Assembly (NCBI GenBank): GCA_964016885.1
Contig: OZ024741.1
Location: 76,508,001 to 76,572,000 of the forward strand
DNA length: 64,000 nucleotides
Direction: 5' to 3'
DNA from: Eledone cirrhosa
Taxonomy: Eukaryota
Below, piece by piece: positions 55,655 to 64,000 of this stretch. The position numbers and the translations under genes were made by a program. The notes beneath the pieces are model-generated. The model saw nothing but the letters and a program-made list of their open reading frames with translations. It was not told the DNA's origin and searched no databases. The first letter of the stretch is position 1. Every line of letters begins with the position of its first letter.

Positions 55655-56636
55655 GAATGTGTGTATGAATGTATGTATGTATTTATGTATGTAAGCATCT
55701 GTGTTTATGTGTTGTAAATAAACCGTACCTGTCTATGTGTAGAATTGCATGTATCTCAGTGTATATATTTGCATGTACATGTTGGTCAGCAATATCAGTT
55801 ATACTCAATAAAAAAACTAAATGGTGTGAGTTCGCTACTACTCATGTACTTGTACCGTTTACCAAGTTTTAATCAGATTTGCACATTTTGATCAACACAG
55901 TGCATGTGCCACTAAAAGCTATAATATATATGTATTCTCCAGCAGCATCCTAGTGCATTTACCTAAAAAGGGAAAGACCGCAAGCTGTTGAAATATCGGC
56001 TGCTCTCCGATAGGTTTGTTGCCAAATCTGTATTGGTGGAGACTTCCAGCATTCTTGGTTTCTGGGCCACCTCCTTATTCACTATTATTATGGTGGTGGA
56101 TTGGCAGTATCGGTAGAGGGTCGGACGCCATGTTATGCAGCATAGAGTTTCGGCCCTTTACGATATGAATTCAAATCCTGCGGAAGTTAACTTTGCCTTT
56201 CATCCTTACAAGGTCAATAAGATAAAGTATCCGTAATACACTGGGGTAATTGCTGGCCTTGTGCCAAAAGTAGAAACAATTATGGTGGAGTTGGACACTT
56301 GGAAGACTGAACTCCGTGAGTTGCAATTGCTATTTCAATACATCTCCCTTACCATCCTCTGGGGTAATGTTTTTTCCATTTTGTCCATTGTCCACAGGGA
56401 CCAAGTGGCCAGTATCTGAGGTGCTGCACCCCCATACCATCTGGGCCTGTATAATTGGGGTAACTTGGTTCTAAATATTATTTCCACTCACCATTATATA
56501 TAAATGTGAGTGTGAGTATGTATGTGTATATTGGTGTGTGTGTGCACACACAGACACAGCTTATGTGTGTATTTTTAGTGTTAAATGGAACATGAGGTTT
56601 TTAACTGTTTTATACCTCTTGATATTTTCTTTACAG

Positions 56637-56736
56637 ATATCATCAGATGGTACCACCAAACAATGCAGTGAAATGTGAAGAGAATCCCAAAGACAGAGAA
56701 TTCTATAAGCAAATTATGGATTTGAGAAATATCTAA
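56637..56736 (+). CDS. ISM: Isthmin-like protein, terminal coding exon
   Basis: ttacag|A TAT...: (R)YHQMVPPNNAVKCEENPKDREFYKQIMDLRNI*, homologous to the isthmin C-terminus (RY..PPNN..C...P). Phase 2 matches the previous donor. Confidence 0.9.
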
Positions 56737-56776
56737 ATAATTGTAATTTATACATATGTATATATATAATTGTAGC

Positions 56777-56814
<38 letters not shown>

Positions 56815-57286
56815 GCTAGTGTGGAAAAATGGATGTTAAACAGTGATGATGATATATGTATATATATATATTGGTATGGACATGTGATGCGCATGGCAGA
56901 TAGCAACTGCATAAAGAAATGCAGGGAAACCCCAGTGGTTGGGGCCCATGGAAGAGGCAGACCCACGAAGACACAGGATGAGGTTGTGAAAATCGACCTT
57001 AAGTAAACTAAACCTCACAATAAAAATGACTAAAGACCACGAGGGCTGGCGCCATGCAGTGCTTGGGAAGATCCAACCTGCAGCATAAGTGACCTGACCT
57101 ACTCCCATGCCCCACCTCAAATAGCACCCCCATGTTATCTTTGTTATCTCCACTGCACATGACCCCACCTCCATTCCTAGCATGGAGGTAGGAAGGACAA
57201 TCAACCATGGGGGCTAAACAAACCAAGGCTTGGGAGGACCCTTCAGTCATATCAAAGACATGGCAGCTTCCCAAGTGTTTGGTGAG

Positions 57287-57770
57287 CTACACAACGATTG
57301 CACCCAGTACATGCTGTAAGTAACCAGCCGTAGAACCAATGTAGTGCCATGCCAGATTGCCAGACTTAATAGTGCATAGGTATACCATACTAGACTCCAA
57401 GCATCTATTCCATAGTGGGCATTTATCTAGCAGATGACAGTTACATTTGGAGGCCTTCCTATGTGCAGTTTCCTCGTTATAGTTCGATATGTGGCTTAGG
57501 ACAGGCTGGGATTTTGGTCTGTTGGTGTTTTGTTGTGACATATACTGACGTGCAGGCGGTTGTGATGTTGTTAGGCAATTGCGTTTTGCATTTGATGTTA
57601 CGGTGTATGTTGGTAGACTACATTCTTTAGAGATTCTCTTATAGTTAATTTTATGTATGTGTGATTCGATGTTCACTGCAGTAGAGTAAGAGAGTTTAAT
57701 GGTTTTTCTATGAAAGATTCTATGGTATTTGTGTGGTTTAGGGAAGTGCTTATCGCTTAATTTAAAGAAT
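57287..57770 (-). mobile_element. Penelope-like element fragment (linker and GIY-YIG start)
   Basis: [24 protein letters not shown]...CNC..CPL...CL...VYLC...HYIGST. Confidence 0.85.
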
Positions 57771-57786
57771 ATATACATATACATAC

Positions 57787-57820
<34 letters not shown>

Positions 57821-57830
57821 ATATGTATAT

Positions 57831-57904
<74 letters not shown>

Positions 57905-57941
57905 ATATATATATATGTGTGTGTGTGTATATATATATATA

Positions 57942-58622
57942 AATAATTGGAGGCTTAGTAAAATCGAATCTTTGGCGGTGTGCAAGCAAATTCGACCTAT
58001 GATATGAATGAGTTAGCAAAGCACTCAACAAGGGTAGGTCCTTAGAGTAATAACATATGTTTAAATAGCTTGACAAATTGAACATTGTGGCAGGCAAAAA
58101 TCTAACACACAATACCAAAGTAATGAAAGAACTAACAGGTTGAAAAAATACACCTGGACAAATCAAACGTTATACGTTTAAAGTGTTTCTATGAATCCAA
58201 AATCAAATATCAGACTTACGTAACTGGAAAGCTCGTGGTATTCATGATCGAACAGAGGACTCATTTCATCAACAGGAATTTTGTCCTACCAAAGAACGGG
58301 GTGAACAGTAAATGGTGTTGCTAGCAGCAGCGATTCGAACATTTAGTTGTCACGTGTTATTTCCAACAAGGGAAATAACCCCCGGTTTTTGGCGGGTCAT
58401 TCAAATTGTTAGACAAAGGAAATATTTTAATTTCCGCTAACATTCAGAATAAGCTCTCAACCAGATGTTATTAAACAAACACAAATAATTAACCAATCAA
58501 CAGAATTGTCTAATTAAATTAATTAGTTAATTATTAAATCTAGGAGAAAATAATATAATTGGAGGCTTAGTAAAATCGAATCTTTGACGGTGTGCAAGCA
58601 AGTTCGACCTACGATATGAATG
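57942..58622. repeat. ~612-bp unit bounded by ~68-bp direct repeats (possible PLE pseudo-LTR)
   Basis: ataattggaggcttagtaaaatcgaatctttg...gatatgaatg occurs at ~57943 and ~58555, between two Penelope fragments. Confidence 0.5.
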
Positions 58623-58644
58623 CTATATATATACACGCACACAC

Positions 58645-58714
<70 letters not shown>

Positions 58715-58826
58715 GTGTGTGTGTGTATATATATGTGTGTGTGTACGTGTATATATATATATATCATCATCATCACTATTTTACGTCCAATCTTCCACGC
58801 TAGCATGGGATATATATATATGTATG

Positions 58827-58891
<65 letters not shown>

Positions 58892-59299
58892 ATATAGCAT
58901 GGGATATATATATGTATATATATAATAATGGTTTCTTATATAGGCACAAGGCCACCAATTTTGGGGGAGGGGAAAGTTAATTAATCAATCCTAGTGCATG
59001 ACTGGTACTTTATTTTATCAACCCTATAAGGATGAAAGGCAAAGTAAACCTCGGTGGGATTTTAACAAAAATATACATAAATACAAATGCAGGTATATAT
59101 ACAGAGAAAAATTAACAAGGAACAAAGGGATATAAAACACGGACCCTCATGTCGCGAGTATACAATGCTATACGTACATAACAGAGTGGTGGTAGTGTGA
59201 TTTGGGTGGATGCACACAGGCTATCCAGGATGCACCCGAGGTTGGCATCAGTGTGCAGCCACACCTGGCTCCTATGGTCAAGCTTTGTACAACTATGTT

Positions 59300-61770
59300 A
59301 CCAATGCGTACAGTCTGAGGAAGGTTCCAGTTGATCTGTGGAGGCAGGTGCTGAACAGGTTACTTCTTTTATTTTCCCCTCTTGATTATCTCCATAATTT
59401 CGGTGACACATAGATTGCATGCCCTCCTCCCCTATAGGGTTGGGCTGAAGCGATCTTGGACCACGACAGGGTGTATCCAATGTTGTCATGCTTGAGCTGC
59501 CACACCAGTTTGGAAAGGGCAGTGCTGCTTTTCTTACCCACTCTCCTAAAAGTGTGGCAGTGGTTGTACCAGCATTCCTTAAATTTATTAGCCGTAGCTC
59601 TGATATAAGTGATGGTTTGGCTGTTGGTAGTCACCCTACATTTATAAACTAAATTACTGCTAAGGCATTTGCCTTCCAGGGGGCTTTTACTGGGGCTTCT
59701 ACAATTACAATCCAGGGAGGTGTTGCTGCCTGGATTACCGGATCAAGCTGTATGTCTCCGTGGTCGTGCCCGGTCTATAGTGTTATTATCGAAGGTAGAT
59801 GCATTTGTGTTGTTTGCCTCATCCTGGTTGCTGACTTCCCCAGAGTCACGGACGTTTTTTAATATACGCCAATTTAAGGTTTCAATATTTTGTGCCAGGT
59901 TTCTAGTTGTGGAGTAGGACAATTTAATTGTGTGCCTGTTGAAAATGGCAGGGTACCTGTTATGTTTAGGGAAGTGCTTATCTAAGGCCCTGAAGAAAGA
60001 GGCCGCGAGGTTGCTGCATAATCCGGCACAGAAGGGGGGGGGGGGGGTTATACCATATGAATTGTGGGAATGGGTTCACTTCCTGGTGTTGGCCCCAGTC
60101 CCGTTACCTGATCTGTCCAAGTATGTGTTACACAATTACCATGGGTGCATGGAATGGTCCTGTTCATGCCAATTGGAGCATCTCAAACCTAGGGGTCCCA
60201 GTTCGCAGTGAGGGAGGCAGCTCGTATTGTCCACGTTCCCCCCCCCCTGGGCCTGCATAGGGGTTGCGTGGTCCTCCCCCGCCTACTACGCTGGCTTCCT
60301 CATTTTCCATGGTAGGCGAAATCGAGTCCCCGTTTATTAAACGGTGCCCTGAGTTATTCTCATTTAGGTTTACAGTTCTTCTAGGATTAGTTTTATTAAA
60401 AAGTTGTTGTGTAGTTCCACTTCCAGGGATGTGTGTTGCACTCCCAGCCTAATCAACCCCACCATTGGTTCCTTCTGATGTGTTACTGTCAGCAGTTACT
60501 TTATTCATTCAATTAGGTATATATTTAATTTTCTCTTTGCAACCTGCACTAATCAGGGCATTATTATAATAGTTAGCTACATTGTTGAAGGTTTCCCGGT
60601 TAGCTGACAGAGACGATATCCTACAGGATATGCTATTTACTATGGCCCTCTTGACTGGTTTGGGATGGTTAGCGTTCGCATTAACGGACTTGAGGCACAC
60701 GTTCGGCTTGTGGTACGGATAGTAAAGGCCGGATTCTAGATTGAGGGTAACATCCAGGAAGTTAACTATTTTTCTATTATCGTCTATATCCATGCTGAAG
60801 CCCATGTTTTTGAAGAATTTAATTAATCTTTTCCTAATCCTAGTTACTATAATGTTACTGTGGTTGAGTAGAGTAAATAGAGCATCGTCACGGTAGATAT
60901 AACCGCCTAACGCTGGCATCTCGCTTTTCAAGTTTCTGAGGATGTAGATGCCCACCAGGTCAGTAACCTATGTCAAGCTGCTCGATCCCATCATGATGTC
61001 AACATTGTCCGGCCACTCTCTCATAGACCACAGCTCACCATCAAAACCTATTAGTGTTTTCCTGTCAGTGTGAATAATGTTGATTTCATCCTGGGTTAAA
61101 TCCTTGTGGCTACACGCAAACATAAGTGCTTTATTAAGTATCACCAGGGAAATAGATGCATAGTAATTACAGATGTCTAGTTGGATGAATTTAGTCCTAC
61201 CTTTGTTTTGCAGGCCATTGAACCACTCAATCACGTCACCTGTCGTGGACCACTGCTGCAATTAGATCTTTTATTTAAGCGCTGGTATAATCCTGTCCAG
61301 TATTGTTTTGTTTATACACCCGATGTCAGACTTTGATGGTACTATAAGTCTGGCTGGGAGTACCGTTTCGAAGTTCGGTTTGTGATCTTTCAGTAGAATA
61401 CAGGGTTCCCTGGGTTGGTAAACCCGGTTCTATCCACAATATTAAGCTTAGTTACTATGTTATTAGTCCGTTTGTTGATGTCATTAAGGTTAGCCTGCGA
61501 TATTTTCTTGTTAATTTTTTCAAAGTTCTTTTAGCAGTAGTCTCTTATATGTTGTTGCGTCCATGTTGTAGAGGTTACCTGTCTTATCTGCATGCACAAG
61601 AATTCTGTTCGAGTGTTTAAGTGTAGAAATTCTATTCGCTAGTTTCCTGAGGTGGGAGCCTATTGAAGTTTACGCCTGAAATAATATTAGCCATCTCTTT
61701 CTCAAACCCTCCATAAGTTTGCTTTGCGGAGGGTTTTTCCTAGATTTAAAACCGAACGTAGTGTCCGGGT
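59300..61770 (-). mobile_element. Penelope-like retroelement (RT plus GIY-YIG), degraded
   Basis: QLDICNYYASIS, IYRDDA, VNFLDVTLNL, YHKPN, LDKHFPKHN..IFNRHTIKLSYS, CNC..PL.GKCL and TYI...FK..WYNH are present, with frameshifts. Confidence 0.9.
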
Positions 61771-63198
61771 TGCCATATGTATATATATATATATATATAT
61801 ATAATATGAATGTGTGTATATATATATATATATATTATGTATATATATATGTATATATATATAGAAGTGGTTACACAATAGTTAGTTCACCATACCGAGA
61901 ACAATTGTTTCACCTTAGCGGATCCTCAGGTGAACTAACTGTTGTGTAACCACTTCTACCTAACTCGTCCCATGGACTGAGGGCTCTATCACTACGGATA
62001 TTACCTTCCAGTGTTATACCACTATATATATATATATATATCATCATCATCATCGTCATCATCACCATCGTTTAACATTCATTTTCCATGCTATTATGGG
62101 TAGGACAGACTGTCCCCTTGTGAGAGAGCAGGTTGGAGGACTGTGCTTCACTCACACGGAACTGGTTTTGGCTTGGTTCCTATGGCTGGATGCCCTTCCC
62201 AATGCCAACCACATATGCAGTCTGTGCTGAGTGCTTTTTGTCGTGGCACCTACACAACCACTTTGCAGTGTGGGCTGCACACTTTTTGTCGTGTCATCAG
62301 TACAACCACTTTATAGTTTGGACTGGTCACTTTTGTCGTGACACCTAGATGACCACTTTATAGTGTGGACTGGGCACTTTTTTGTGGCTCCAAGGGCCAC
62401 ATTATGGTGTGGGTTGGGGAATTGGGGACATAGGTATAGGGGTGGGGTCATTACAGCAAGGGAGGTGTATGGGAGGGGTGATGGTGGGGAAGGTGTTGCA
62501 TACTAGATATACACATCAGCACGAACATATGGGAGGGTCTTCTGTAATACTGCATAGCGCCAGAAATCACGGTCCTGTGTCATTGCCTTAGCAAGGTGTA
62601 TATATATATATACATACATATATGCGTGTGTGTGTGTAAATATATGTATGTATATATATATGTGTGTGTATATATATATATGTGAGTATGTATGTGTGTG
62701 TGTATATATATATATAGTAGCAATAATAATAAATACAAAGACCAAAATCCAGTGAGGACTCGATAAGGGTTGTATATATAATTATATATAAACCAGTAGA
62801 GCAAATATTTTTTATAAGCACAGATTAAATGTTTAAGCAAACAATTTCAGCTATTCTAAAAAGAAAATTAGTCTCTTGATTTTTTTCATAACAAGAATTT
62901 GTTCTTCCCACTTCACTTAATTACGTATTTAGATATTTTATTTTCCTTGCATACATTTCACTGTATCTCAAGGGAACGTCTTCATGTGTTATCCTTATGT
63001 CTTTCTATTTTTTAAGGGCAATATTTGGTCATAATTTTTTGTAAATATTTACATTTGTGTCCACGGATTGATACTTCTGTTTCAGAAAATCCCGCTTTAG
63101 GGAGAAAGCAGAAATTGTTTGCTTAAACTTTTAATATGTTCTAATAATAAGTATATATATTCTTCTTCTTGCTCTTGCTTGACGAGGCCGGGGTCAAC

Positions 63199-64000
63199 CT
63201 AAACTATCGAACCCAAAGCATTGTTGTGCATACAGCCAACCAGGACTACCAGTGGCCTCCATTGCCAGCTGCTCTGCATCTTCCAAGGTGATGTCAAGCT
63301 CTGGAGATCTTCCCTGCTGATATCCAGCCATCTGGTGCGGAGCCTGCAACTCTTCCAGCCTGCAACCGCTGCATAGAACGAGAGTAAGACCCTGGTAGGA
63401 TGATTTGGGGGAACGCAGAGGACATTTTCATACCAGCGCATGCGGAGGGAAGCAGTGGGCTGATGAGTGCGCCCACACACTTTGTTGGAAACGTGATGGT
63501 TCCATCTGATGTTTTTGATGGTCCTCAGGGCTCTGCTATTGAAGCTGTCAATCCTCTTTGCCAGGGTTTTTGCGAGAGGCCACCTTTCTGCTCCATAGAT
63601 TCTGCTCCATAGAGAAGAACGGAGAGGATGGATGCATTGTAAATACGGAGCTTCATTTTCTGGGAGATTGGGCAATGATCCAGTGGCTCACCTGTATCAT
63701 CAACCATGTTTGCAGAAACCACAGGGGCATGAGAAGCTTCTCTCCATCCCAAGCAAGGTTTTCACCAAGATCCTCCTCAACCGTGCTCTTCCAGCTATCA
63801 GAAGCAGATGTCACCCACAACAAGCCGGATTCATGCCTAATACATCCACTGCTGACCACATTTCTGCCCTCTGCCTCATTATTGAAAGATCTCGGGAATT
63901 CCGTAGAGATTGCTGCCTCTACTTCACCTTCGTCGACCTCAAGGTGGCTTTCAACATGATCGACCATGGATCCCTCTGGAAAATTCTCCAGCTTGTTGCT
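63199..64000 (-). mobile_element. RTE-clade LINE fragment with an internal inversion
   Basis: Minus strand: KLRIYNASILSVLLYGAE and IRWNHHVSN. Plus strand from ~63709: NHRG, SIPSKVF, STADHI and FVDLK.AF. Confidence 0.85.

Overview
This is an AT-rich, microsatellite-dense metazoan window, not a prokaryotic one. The SINE families suggest an octopus or other cephalopod (inference). It has one 200-N assembly gap at 20337-20536. Two host genes are recognisable. One is a multi-exon isthmin-like gene on +, with clear AMOP-domain exons at 54242-54644 and 56637-56736 and probable upstream exons at 14851-14913 and 17349-18417. The other is a single-coding-exon orphan class A GPCR at 39739-40734, which would sit inside the ~36-kb intron of the first gene. 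The rest is mobile DNA: an intact Merlin/IS1595-family transposase with related MITEs, a Chapaev3 element, Helitron fragments, Penelope-like (PLE) retroelements, RTE, R4, CRE and Tx1-type LINE fragments, many tRNA-derived SINEs and a 28-bp minisatellite. The main non-obvious signal is a set of about ten minimal type-I hammerhead ribozyme motifs from several repeat families. Many lie in palindromic elements. One direct-repeat pair has a compensatory U3-A8 core and delimits a 346-nt retrozyme-like unit.
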